Assembly: GCF_964213995.1 (NCBI RefSeq)
Contig: NW_027590123.1
Span: 1,798,001 to 1,862,000 of the forward strand
Length of the DNA stretch: 64,000 nucleotides
Reading direction: 5' to 3'
From: Mustelus asterias
Lineage: Eukaryota
The notes under the pieces are model-generated. The model was not told the DNA's origin. It ran no database searches and worked only from the letters and a program-made list of their open reading frames with translations. The position numbers and the translations under genes are program-made. Shown here piece by piece: positions 46,672 to 59,844 of this stretch. Every line of letters begins with the position of its first letter. Positions within the stretch are counted from its first letter, which is position 1.

Positions 46672-49509
46672 TTCTATCAAAATCTCCAAATGTGTTCTCC
46701 ACTGCACTCAGAGATTGTGACATTTATTCTTGACGTCTGACTCCAGGGAGATAATTAAAACATCTTTTTTTTACATGAATTGCATTATTTCAACAAACAC
46801 ACTGGCGAAGATGCTGTGCATCACGTGTTTAAATTTTGATATTTTTCTCATGGGCGCTGATGCACAGAGAAACACTCAGAATGCATATTATGTTCCCAGT
46901 TAAATTATTCCATCAAAATAATGAGAATTTAAACAGTGGACGGCTTGAATAGTGAAACTGGGCATTGTGCAAAAGCAATGAATGGGGTTAATCTATTAAT
47001 GCTGAGTTACTAAAGTAATGTAAAGTTTAAGGTTTTTTTGTCACAAGTAAGGCTTGCATTAACACTGCAATGAAGTTATGTGAATTATCTGCGCCAATTA
47101 TAAATGAACAGTGATATTCAAATGAAAACACTGACAATTGCTCCCTGCTGTTCAGTGTTCAGTCCATATGATCACGAGGCAGGTTCATCCTGGTGGAAAA
47201 TCTATGAGACGGCGAAATCACTTTAATACATTTGTCTATGCATTCATTGTGGAAATAGACTGATCAGCACACTTGCACACCATTAGCCAGATTCTGCTAG
47301 AGCGTTTAAATTAAATACTGTCTGGTCCATTTCAGCACAGTTGCATTCGTTGTGTACATGTTCAGATAAGCACACTTACGCTCAGAATAGACAGATTCAA
47401 TCTAGCAAGTTTGAGTACAGCAGCAAGAACAGAGAAAATGGGAAAAAAAACTCAGCACTGAGTTCTTCCAGCTTCCTCTAGTCTTGTTTCAGATTCCTGT
47501 ATCCACTATATTTTTCTTATTTTTGGTTGGAACTCGGGTGGGCCAGGTCCACATCAACATGCATGAATTTGTGTAAACATGTCGAACACACTGAAGTCAT
47601 TTTCAGCACTGATCCATCGAACTCCCGCCCAAGGTGGTGATAGTCAGAAAGAACGATTTAGTTCAGCATGGTTAATATCAGAGTAGACCAATCCACTTGA
47701 ACAAACGTGAAATTGCCCAGAATTCTGGACTTCCTCATTTGGATGGGCAGGACAAGTTCATGACAGTACATTCAGTTCAGTTCGGTCCAGCAAAGTTACT
47801 TTCAGAGTATACAGGTTCAGATCAGCATTGCTAGTCACGCAATCTCTGTGCCCCGCCATCAGCCGCCAGGGCTTTTTGAGGGCTCTTGTTGAATTGAATG
47901 AAGACACATCTCTCACCAGACTGTATCACCCGACTGAACGGGCTTCCGTAATGAACAGGATATTTAACTCCACTCGTTTCTTTCAAATGAAAGTGATTGC
48001 TTTGTACAGAGGCAGCGGTTCCAGCTGTGTTTGATTTTTATGGGAAAATGAATCTTTGATGCCCCAGTCCTACCCAGGGTGCTACATTCACCTCTTCACC
48101 CAACATATAGATGGCGGTATCCGTGTCGATTCCTGCTCACTGACTAGAACTTACTTCTTTCCAATTTAAACTCTGCACTTCCGATGGTTTTCATTTGCTC
48201 CATATTGATTATTTCTATTCCTTTATTTTACTTTGATGTGTACATATCTGAGGATAATCTCTTGCCCAATATAGATTATAAACTCATTAACTCAAACAGT
48301 GGTCTCTAGCATAATGTACACCCTGCTTTACTACAATGGCTCCATTCAATTCTTCATAATTTTCCCCATTTATTTTGCAACTGCTCAATTAGTTCAATAA
48401 TACAGATTGGAGGTTTCGGTAATCTGCACCCCTCTGTTGTTGACAGCACAATGGCAGTTAACGTCACCAGAATGCTACTCTCACCTCATTGTCCCTCCCA
48501 GAAACAGGATAGAGTTACACTTTTCCTCACTTTGCAAGCACCAAACCACAATCATTGGATCATCTTCTGCATTCCAGGCAGACCAGTGTGACACCGCAAC
48601 CAAGCTTATCTTACTGTTCTCTTCATTGCCATTTTTCAGCATCCAAGGCATAAACAAACATGAGCTTAAGATGAAGCAGTGATTTCCTGTAATGCCTTTC
48701 CAATGGATATTTTGTTCTTGGATCATGGTATAGTCCACTCTGCACGTTGGAGATGAGGCATTGAAAAAAAGAAACATAGAAAATGGAAGGAGAAGCCGTT
48801 CAGCCCTTCGACTCCGGTCAGTAATTCATTTTGATCATGTTGGCCTCAACTACTCTCTGTGGTAGCGAATTCCACTGATTCACCTGCCTCTAGACAAGAC
48901 ATTTCTCAGGCTCAAATCAACTCAGTCGTAAATGATTTACCCCTCATCCTCAAACTATGACAGTTAGTTCTGTACTCCCCCACCATTGGGAAAATTCTTT
49001 CTGAATCTACCCTGGCTAATCCTGTTAGATTTACTGAATATTTTGCAGTATACCTCGAATCAATCCACAAGTGTGAACCTGAGGTTCTGATCATTTGTCA
49101 CTTTCTCTTGCTATTTGGCTCCAATTTTACTTCTTTGTGTTCGGCATCCTGCAATGATCCATATAAACTCGAAATGAGCTGGAAGAATTACACCTCGTTT
49201 TTGTTTCGTTTAAACATTTTGCGAATGTCTTGACTGAATAAGAAGTTTAAAAAAATAACCATTGGCTCCTTCTCTTTCCTTTACTTCTTTTTATCTCCTT
49301 TGATTGCTTTTTGATATATGTTGGTGACAATTCCGGGATTAATATTGATATATTACCAGGCATCTGTGTTGCATCTTCATTGTTCCAGTCTCACATTATT
49401 TTGTTTTTCACCATCACCACTTCAGACATGTATTTTTTCCAGCTATCTAATTAATCACAAACATACGCTTCTGTACTTGCAGCACTTCAATAAAACACCA
49501 CTCCTCCAC

Positions 49510-51400
49510 GCCACCCTACACACAAAAACAAAGATAAACACACACAAATGAACACATGGGCGCACAGACAGGCACACACACACATACGCACACACATGCA
49601 CCTGCGCACACACGCACACATGCATAAAACATAGAACATAGAACATTACAGCGCAGTACAGGCCCTTTGGCCCTCGATGTTGCGCCGACCAGTGGAACCA
49701 ATCTAAAGCCCTCTAATCTACACTATTCCAATATCATCCATATGTTTATCCAATAACCATTTGAATGCTCTGAATGTTGACGAGTCCACTACTGCTGCAG
49801 GCAGGGCATTCCACGCCCTTACTACTCTCTGAGTAAAGAACCTACCTCTGACATCTGTCCTATATCTCTCACCACTCAATTTAAAGCTATGTCCCCTCGT
49901 GCTAGCCATCACCATCCGAGGAAAAAGGCTTTCACTATCCACCCTATCTAATCCTCTGATCATCTTGTATGCCTCTATTAAGTCACCTCTTAACCTTCTT
50001 CTCTCGAACGAAAACAACTTCAAGCCCCTCAGCCTTTCCTCATACGATTTTCCCACCATACCAGGCAACATCCTGGTAAATCTCCTCTGCACCCTTTCCA
50101 ACACTTCCACATCTTTCCTATAATATGGCGACCAGAACTGTACGCAATACTCCAAATGCGGCCGCACCAGAGTTTTGTACAGTTGCAGCATGACCTCCTG
50201 GCTCCGAAACTCAATCCCTCTACCAATAAAAGCTAACACACCGTACGCCTTCTTAACAACCCTATCAACCTGGGTGCCAACTTTCAGGGATCTATGCACA
50301 TGGACACCCAGATCCCTCTGTTCATCGACACTACCAAGTATCTTACCATTAGCCCAGTACTCTGTATTCCTGTTACTCCTTCCAAAGTGAATCACCTCAC
50401 ACTTTTCCGCATTAAACTCCATTTGCCACCTCTCAGCCCAGCTCTGCAGCTTACCTATGTCCCTCTGTAACCTGCCACTTCCCTCCGCACTGTCTGCAAC
50501 TCCACCGACTTTAGTGTCATCCACAAATTTACTAATCCATCCTGCCACGCCCTCATCCAGGTCATTAATAAAAATGACAAACAGCAGTGGCCCCAAAACA
50601 GATCCTTGCGGTACACCACTAGTAACTGAACTCCAGGATGAATGTTTCCCATCAACCACCACCCTCTGTTTTGTTACAGCTAGCCAATTCCTGATCCAAA
50701 CCACTAAATCACCCTCAATCCTATGTGTCCGTATTTTCTGCAAAAGCTTACCATGAGGAACCTGATCAAACGCTTTGCTGAAATCCATATACACCACATC
50801 AACTGCTTTACCCTCATCCACCTCTTTGGTCACCTTCTCAAAGAACTCAATAAGGTTTGTGAGGCACGGCCTATCCTTCACAAAGCAATGCTGACTATCC
50901 CACACACACACACACACACACAAAATACACATTAGCAAGGACAAACATACACATAAGCACATGCAGACGCCCACATAAACACAGGCACCTCTAAATACAC
51001 ACAAACACGTTCATGCACACAACAACACACGCACCCATGCATTGATAATGATACAAACACAGCTAAAGACACACAGAGGAACACACACACACATGACTTT
51101 GCACACAAATGCACAAGCAATCACATGGGCACACACGTAAAGACACACACACAAACACACATATACACCAACAAATAAACCCACACAAATACACGGATTC
51201 ATTAACGCACACGCAACCACACATAATCAAACATTAAACAAACAAAAACACACATACACTCGCAAGAAAAAAACACATAGAAACACACACAAAACACATG
51301 CACGGCAAAACGCACGCATACACATATACACGTTCACAAATATATGCAGAAAAATAAGCACACGTACACACATAAATTTACACACAACCATGCACTCAGA
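49510..51400 (+). repeat. Degenerate (CA)n-rich tract split by a CR1 insertion
   Basis: CA-rich sequence at 49510-49625 and 50901-51400. Confidence 0.85.
49626..50900 (-). mobile_element. Young 5'-truncated CR1 LINE with open RT frame
   Basis: ORF 49718-51004 from DSQH onward is uninterrupted CR1 ORF2; (TTCTATG)n tail. Confidence 0.95.
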
Positions 51401-51439
51401 CACTACGCTTTCTTAAATACTGTCCCATTACCATCGTAC

Positions 51440-51645
51440 AAAGTCACAAAACACAAGGTTAAAATCCAGCAGGTTTATCTGAAAAATCACGAGCTTTCGA
51501 AGCGCTGCTCCTTCATCAGTTGAGTGATGAAGGAGCAGCGCTCCAAAAGCACTTGATTCCAGGTAAACCTGTTGGACTTTAACCTGGTGTTGTGAGACTT
51601 CTTACTGTGCGAACCCGAGTCCAATGCAAGCATCTCCACATCATA
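51440..51645. mobile_element. Family A palindromic element with two inverted hammerhead motifs
   Basis: GCTTTCGAAGCGCTGCTCCTTCATCA-GTTGAG-TGATGAAGGAGCAGCGCTCCAAAAGC; the minus copy keeps CTGATGA, GAAA and GCTC. Confidence 0.75.
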
Positions 51646-52759
51646 AATACTCAGCATTTCTCGTTTGGATGTAAGGTTACCCTATTGCAACATACACTGG
51701 AAGCGTGTTTCTCTTCACAGAGACTGCCTGACATATTGAGTATTTCCATTCTATTTATTTTCATTCTATTCATCACGGACACACTCAGCGTGGAAATGCC
51801 CCGTTTAGTGACATTTCAGGGTGCACAGATCCAGTTCTGCACAGTAATTTTCAGTATGGGGCAGTCGAATTTAGTTTCCTTCAACATGAACATGTCAGCC
51901 CCGAAATGGGAAATGTGCAACCTGTTCACTCCTTGTGTGGCAAGATGCATTTCAGCATGCCTGAGCTCAGTGCTTCATGTCTAAACTCAGTGCAATGATA
52001 TTCACTGAAGATAGGGTCCAATTGAGCATGATTGCATTAATTGCTACAACTCCAGTTCCTCATTGCTCGACGTTGTGAACATGTTTCAATGCAGCCGGTT
52101 ACACTTACTGATGATCGGGAAAGCAGATCAATTTTCAGTTTGCAGAGCCAAATCAGGCAAATTATTTTCAATTGGGTCAATTCAAATGATGCATAATTGT
52201 TCTCATTATATGGCGATCCACTTCAGTTCTGCTTCATTGACGGTGTACAAGTCCTATTCTGTAGGATTACCTTCAATGTGGACGGGTAAAATCCAGCAAT
52301 ACACTTTTTACAGAGTCCCAGTTTTCACGATGTGGATGTTATTTGTTCAAAATGGTTGGTTGCAAAGTAAGTTGCTCAGTGTGCCTGCCTTCGATGGAGC
52401 GTGGGCCAGTTGAGTCCAGCTGTAATCAGTGTGGATTGCTGCCTGTCTGTGTGGTGATGATCGGTCCAACCATACCAACTTTTTCGGAATTATTCAGAGA
52501 GCATTTGTTCATTTGTGCACAGATATGTTCCGTGCAGGCTGCTCCTATGCGAACCTGTTGTATTTATCGCGTACAGGCCAAGATCAGCATTGTTACTGTC
52601 ATTGTGCACCAACCTAATTTGGTACGGGTTAGTTCGCACATGTCTCATTCAGAACGGTTGAATTCAGTGCACATAGGTTCAGTTCTGCAGCATGTCTTTC
52701 AGTAAGATCGGTTCTCGCTCAGAAGGCTCTTATCTAGTTTGAAACCACTATGAAATTAA

Positions 52760-54100
52760 TAGCGGCAGATTCGGAAAATCATAATCAAATCAAGAAGAAT
52801 TAGCATGGCTTTATCTAAGTGAAATTGTATCTGAATAATTAATTAGATTTACTCGAGGATGTCTCAACCAAAGTGGATAGAAGGAAACCAGTAGATGTGT
52901 TGCATTTGGACTTCCAAAAGGTAATCGACGAAGTCCCTCACAAATGTTTAAGACATAGGTAAGAGCCCATGGTGCTGGTGGTAGCATATTTGCATTGATA
53001 GCAGATTGGTTAATGAGTAGCAAACATTTAGTGGAAATAAAGGGTTTTTTGAGGTTGGCAACCTGTAGCCAGTGGGATTCCACAGGGATCAGTCCTGGGA
53101 ACACGTCTGTTCACAATATATATTTGTGACTTGGAGGAAATAAGCGAAAGTACATTTGCCACTTTCGCAGACGACATAAGGATAGATGGGAAGACAAGTT
53201 GCGTGTGTGAAACACACAATTTACAAAGATATACTGATAGATTAAGTAAGTGGGAAAAATGTTGGCAAATGGAGTATAATGTAGGGAAATGTGAAGTTAT
53301 TCATTTTGGAAGGGGGAGCACATGAATAAAATATTATTTAATAGGGAAAAATGCAAAAAACTGCTCCAGCAAGGGACCTGCGGGTGCTTGTGCGTGAAAA
53401 CCGGAAAGTTAGCACATAGATCCAGCAAGTAATCAGAAAGGCGAATTGATTGTTGGCTCTTATTGAAAATGGGTTGGAGTAAAAGAACAGGGGAGCATCG
53501 CTGCAACTGTACAAGATGCTGGTGAGACAATAGTTCGAGGACTGTGAGCAGCTTGAGACCCCTTATTTAAAGAAATATGCTATTTGTTCAGAGAATGTTC
53601 ACGAGGATGATCCCTAGTACGTTGGGATTGTCTGATGAGGAACGGTTAAATTTGGGTCTCTACTCATTGGAATTTAGAAGATTAAGAGGTGATTTCATGA
53701 AAATATAGAAGGCTCTGAAGGGATGTGACAGGGTAAATATTGAGAGGATGTTTTCGTTCACACGAGTGCCTCGCATGAAAGGGCATAGTCCCAGAATAAT
53801 TGGGGCAGGGGGGAGGGGATGGGTATGGGGTGGCAAGGTGATATAAGACTGAGGTGAGGAAGATTTTTTTCTCTGTTCTTCGTCTTTGGAACTCCTATCC
53901 ACGTCGAGCTGTGGGGGTAGAGTCCTTGTGTATATTTAAGGCTCAGCTCGTAGATTTTAATCAGTGAGGGTATCAAGTGTTATGAGGAAAGGACAGCAAG
54001 ATTGACTTGGAGATTATTGGATCAGCCATCATCCTATTGAATGGCGGTGCAGACTCGAGTGGTCGAGTGGCCGGTTAATGTTCCTACTTCTTACGATCCT
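52760..54100 (+). mobile_element. Old CR1 LINE
   Basis: TFADD, WQMEYNVGKCEVIHFG and a 3'UTR; many disruptions. Confidence 0.85.
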
Positions 54101-55214
54101 AAGGTCCAGTTTCATACTGTTGTATTGAATCATAATCCTATCCAGAGGAGTACATTACATTCAAGAACTTTGCAGCAGGCAATCAAAATCACCAACACAA
54201 GGGAGTCAGGCACCTCCCACTGACATTTTGTGACATTGAAGCCGCTGAGTGCCCCCACCGACAAGATTCTGGGGAGGGTGAGTGATGGGTGAGGTTGCGC
54301 AATCAACATAATTGGGGAACCGCGCCAATGACATAATTTCTATCTCGCAGTGCAGACTAGATACAATGTACTTACAGCCAGTTCTTTTTACTATTAACTT
54401 CCCAAACCTTTGCCACAATCTGCAAGGTACAAGCCAGTGGTGTGCTGGGATATTCATTCTTATTGGGGTCAGCACCAACAAAACGCAATAAACGAGATAA
54501 AACAAACCACCCAGTATGTTAAAAGTCCAGTCCCTGCACGAGGGGACATCCTGGCTGCAGATGTGCCATCTACCAGATGTGAATCAGTACATCAGCATGC
54601 ATTCCGCCTGACTGTCATTTCGTAGCTCGCACTTCTGCCGACGAGGTAAAGACTGCTCTTTCCAGGAAGTGACATTAACTGCAATATCAATATTGATGGA
54701 TAGTGAAGCAGAGTGCGCAAGAATCTGGACGCCACATCCAACCTTCTGATGTAAACAGCAAAAGACGCCAAGCTGCATAATGTTGTTAGCCACCCTGCAG
54801 ATGGAATTCCGTAGTCGATCAAAGAGCTAAGGCTTCTCCACGATAGAGAAACATAGAAAGTAGCAGCAGTAGGAGGCTGTTAGGCCATCCGAACCTGCTC
54901 CGCCATTCATTTTGATCATGGATGGTCATCAAATTCAATATCCTCATTCCCTCTTCTCCTATATCTCTTGATATCTTTAGCCCGAAGAGCTATATCTAAT
55001 TCCAGCTTGAAATTTTAAAAAAACATTTTGGGTCTGAACGACTTTCTGTTGAAGTGAATAGCATACAATCGCCATTCTCTGAATGAAGAAATTTATCCTT
55101 ACCTCTGTCCTAAAAGGTTTATCCCTTATCCTCAAACTATAACATCCAATTCTGGACACAGCACCATCGGGAACATTCTTTCTGAATCTAATCTGCCGGT
55201 CCTGCTGGAAAGTT

Positions 55215-55960
55215 ATAAATTTAAATAAATGGCAGAGTCATCAGGAGTATAGAAACACAGAGGGACCGAGGTGTGCAAGTCCACAAATCCTTGAAGGTGG
55301 CAACACAGGTGGAGAAGGTGGTGAAGAAGGCATATGGTATGCTTGCCTTTATAGGATGGGGTATAGAGTATAAAAACTGGAGTCTGATGATGCAGCTGTA
55401 TAGAATGCTGGTTAGGCCACATTTGGAGTACTGCATCCAGTTCTGGTCGCCGCACTACCAGAAGGACGTGGAGGCATTGGAGAGAGTGCAGAGAAGGTTT
55501 ACCAGGATGTTGCCTGGTATGGAGGGTCTTAGCTATGAGGAGAGATTGGGTAGACTGGGGTTGTTCTCCTTGGAAAGACGGAGAATGAGGGGAGATCTAA
55601 TAGAGGTATACAAGATTATGAAGGGTATAGATAGGGTGAACAGTGGGATGCTTTTTCCCAGGTCGGAGGTGACGATCACGAGGGGTCACGGGCTCAAGCT
55701 GAGAGGGGCGAAGTATAACTCAGACATCAGAGGGATTTTTTTTACACAGAGGGTGGTGGGGGCCTGGAATGCGCTGCCAAGTAGGGTGGTGGAGGCAGGC
55801 ACGCTGACATCGTTTAAGACTTACCTGGATAGTCACATGAGCAGCCTGGGAATGGAGGGATACAAACGATTGGTCTAGTTGGACCAAGGAGCGGCACAGG
55901 CTTGAAGGGCCGAAGGGCCTGTTTCCTGTGCTGTACTGTTCTTTGTTCTTTGTTTGTTCT
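55215..55960 (+). mobile_element. CR1 3' fragment nested in an older minus-strand CR1 (about 54845-57130)
   Basis: ORF 55273-55878; (TGTTCTT)n tail; flanking sequence continues a minus-strand CR1. Confidence 0.9.
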
Positions 55961-58353
55961 TTGTATGAGATCCTATTTCACTATTCAAAACTCCAGCAAA
56001 TATAATCCAAACCGACGAAATATCTCCGCATGTCCCAAGAATCAGCTTGGCAAATCTTCCTCTCTGATAAGGACGGCCTTCCTCAGATACTGACACCAAA
56101 TCTGCACACAATTTTCCAGTGTGGCCTCACCAATGCCTTATAAAATTGTAGTAAAACATCGCTTTCCCGAGACTCAAATCCTCCCCCTCTGAGGGCTAAC
56201 ATATCATTTGTCTTCTTTACAGCCTGCTGCACCTGTGCGCTTACATTCAGCGACTGATGCGTGAGGACACCATGATCTCGCTGACTGTCCACGTATTTCA
56301 ATTCGACAAATAAGAAAACCTGCTTATTTGTCAAGTTTTACTCCTTTGCCTTCAATTCTCCAGAATTAACATAGTGCAGTGTTGTGATTCTACAACAGCT
56401 GGGCATTTTATATATGAGAGCAATGTGCAGCCATGTACCAATGGCCTGCACTTTGCATGTATAGGGGACAAACACGGTTTTGTTTCAATAGCCTTCCTAT
56501 TTTTGCTACTGAAGTGGATGAACTCACATTTATCCACATTACAATGCATGCCATGCATATGGCCACTCACGTAGTCTGTTCAAATCATGCTGAAGCAGCT
56601 CTGCCTCGTCCTCACAGATCACCCACCCACCCAACTTGACATCACCTGCAAATTCGGAAAGAATGCACCTCTTTAACATATAATGAGTGCAGTTGGGGGT
56701 CTTTGCACACATCCTGGCTGAACCCCACTAGCCACTGCTTTCTAATCGGAAAAAAACCCATTTATGACAACTACGTGCTTCCTGTCTGCTAATCAGCTTT
56801 CTAGCCATCTTCAGAAACTGCACACAATCACATGTGCTTTAAATTTACATAGTTGTCCACGATATGACACCTTGTCGAAAACCTTCCGAAAGTCTAAGTA
56901 AATCATAACTACCTCTTCTCCTTGGTCAACTATATTACTTACATTCTCAAAGATTTCCAATGGTTTCGTCAAGCACGAATTTCCTTTTCTAACTGTCTGC
57001 TCAATTTGTCTGACTTTTTCACTGCTGTGCAAATGCAGTGCTGTGAAATTCTTGAAAATGGACTCTCGCAACTTCCCCAGTAAGAACAGTTGGATCACTG
57101 GACTACAGTTCCCTGTGTTATCTGCACCTCTTTTTTTCGAATGGCTCAGGGTGCTCGGTGTCTTCCCACAGAGCAAAGGTGTGCTGTCTGGGTTGATTGG
57201 CCATAGTGTCTGGGGGACGTGCAGAGTAAATGCGTGTGTTTATGAGGATAGGGTCTGGGCAGGTTTGTTGTCAGTGCAGGCTCAATGGGCTTAATGGCCT
57301 CTTTCTGAACTGTAGGGATTCTATTATTCTCTGAAACCTGCTTATTTGTCAAGTTTTACTCCTTTGCCTTCAATTCTCCAGAAGTAACGCAGTGCAATGA
57401 TGCGATTCTACAACAGCTAGACATTTTATATTTGGCAGCAATATGCAGCCACGTATGCATGTATCGGGGACAAACACACCCAGATTTCCTCTGAGGTTTG
57501 AGGCTGCTGCTACGGAGGATCCTGCTTCCACCTGTTGCCACGAGGAAGAACAACTGATCACTTAATACTGAAAATAAAAAGGTTCTTGTGTTCATATTGC
57601 TGCTTGCCCCTGATGAAGATTGTAAATAATATGTGAATTAGCCCACGGAATATAAAACATTCTTACTGTTCCTTCTCAATCAATCGCTCATACACATCAC
57701 AAAGACCAGTTAGCAATGTTCGATAATTATACATTATTGTGATTGTTGATACCCATACTGGCCATATGGAGACAGGAATCAAACTCCCTCATGTACTGAC
57801 ATTTTTATATTGTTTTATATTCATTTGTGGGATGTGGGAACTCTTGCTAGGCCAACATTAAGTCTGCATTCCGAATTGCCCTGTTGAATGTTCTGGTGAG
57901 CTATCTACTTAAAGCGTTGCCATTCCTTTACTGCAGGTACACCTACAATGGCGTTAAAGAGGGTGTTCAAGAATTTTCAACAAGCGACTGTGAAGGAACC
58001 GTGACAAATTTCCAAGTCAGAGTGCCGTGTGACCTGGAGTGGAACATCCACGAGCTGCTGGCATCTTTATATTTCTGCTGCTCTGTCCTTCTAGATGGCA
58101 GCGATAGGTTTGGAAGGTGCTGTCAAAGGAACCTTCATGTGTTCCTATAGTGAATCTGGCAGATGGTATACACTGCTGCCACCCTTTGTCTGTGCCAGAA
58201 GGAGGGGTTTTAGCAGAATGTCAGCCAATCAAGCAGGCTGCTATTTTCTCGGATAATGTCGAGCTGTTTGAGTTGTTTGAGCTGCACTCATCCAGTCATG
58301 TGGACAATATTACATTACACACCTGATTTTGGTTTTTAGCTGGTAGACATGCT

Positions 58354-58818
58354 CAGTGGCGAATTAACTACCACCGGACCCCTCGGCTGAGCTTTAGCAA
58401 GGCCTCCTGACCTTGCCCCCTGCCCCACCCTTCGTTGAATAGAATAAAGTGACGTTAAGTGACGTTAGATAACTTATATCGTTGTACTATGTATAATGTA
58501 CTACATGTATAATATCATAACGTTATATGAATCAATTACAGCCCTTTTATTCATTTACTTTTCATTTTCTTTACATTTATACTTTTAAAAACTTCCGTGT
58601 TTTTTGGTTTACAAAAGTGTCGATAACAGCATGTAAATCAGCAGATCGAAGCATGTCTGATTCAATGTGCATAAGTGCCAGATGACTAAGTTTCTCATCG
58701 CTCATTGTTGAGTGCAAATAGATTTTGATCCTCTAGTGCCGAAAATGAACGCTTACCTGAAGAGTTAGTGATTTTATTTGCTCTCGGGCCCCCCTCCCTT
58801 CCGGGCCGCCTGGCTTAA
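58354..58818 (-). mobile_element. hAT-family DNA transposon remnant (C-terminal dimerisation domain)
   Basis: Minus strand about 58775-58590 reads SGKRSFSAL/RIKIYLHSTMSDEKLSHLALMHIESD..VIDTF; CAGTGGCG terminus at 58354. Confidence 0.75.
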
Positions 58819-59844
58819 GCCTACTCACATGTTTTGTGGAGTCAGGAAGTGTGTTAGTCACCCCAACATGCCTAACCTCTGACCTGTTTTTGTAGTCACG
58901 GTAGTAATTGTCTCGTCAGATAAAGTTTCTGGTCATTGGTAACCCCCGGATTTGGATATTTCGGGGCTTATCAATGGTAATATCACTGAATGGGGTGATT
59001 TAAAAAAAAAATTCTCTTGCTGGAGATAGTGCTGTCCAGATTGTCAGCGTTTTTCTGCCAAACTGTTGTCCACAGACAGATGTGACATTCTGGCGTGACC
59101 ACTCTGTTTGTCCTCATGCTGTAATAATTGGATATTCTACATGCAGAGTGTAAATTTACTGAGTGTGATTAATTTAATTTAATTCACATACGTGGTAAAC
59201 AAGGTAGTTTGACTTTACTTTCAACTGGACATTTTTACTCTGATTGTAACCTTGCTTCAGTGAATCTGTTCAAATGTTGAAATGACAGTGCCCACGTTGA
59301 ATATAACACAATGGCCCGGCCATTTCACTGCATGCAATCATGAACTGGACTGTGCACACTGAATGCAACTGCACTTAACCGGGTCGGTGCAACATCCAGA
59401 TGCATCTGTTGTGCTAAAGTAGTTGCGGAGTCTCAGAGAGCATGGGGATGGCGTAGGAGATTATTAGTAATCACACTGTTGTTTTAATTATCAGGACTGA
59501 GAATTTGGCTGCATTTTCCTTCTACAATTTCTGCTTCTCCGTGTGGACAGCAATGAATTGCGTTATATTGGCCTATCCCAAAGATCAATGCCAATATTAT
59601 CATTCTGATGAAGCAATGAAGCAACATTCATTCTCTTGCCTCTTGAGAGAAGATTCAGATTCTATGAAAGAAAATCCAACCCATCAAAACAAAAGCAGAA
59701 GTGCAGCTGTTGCAATAATCTGTTTGTTCTAATAAATTTGCTTAAGGTGAAAGAACAATCGAATTTTCTCCCCGGAGAATATCACTTATAAATATGACAT
59801 TATTTTCAGTGTAGTGCAGACTGCGATCAGAGCTTTTGATAGAA

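Noticed and set aside
49718-51004. 428-aa ORF with a Cys/Val-rich N-terminus as a novel fusion protein
   Set aside because: The N-terminus is read-through of (TG)n sequence into a truncated CR1.
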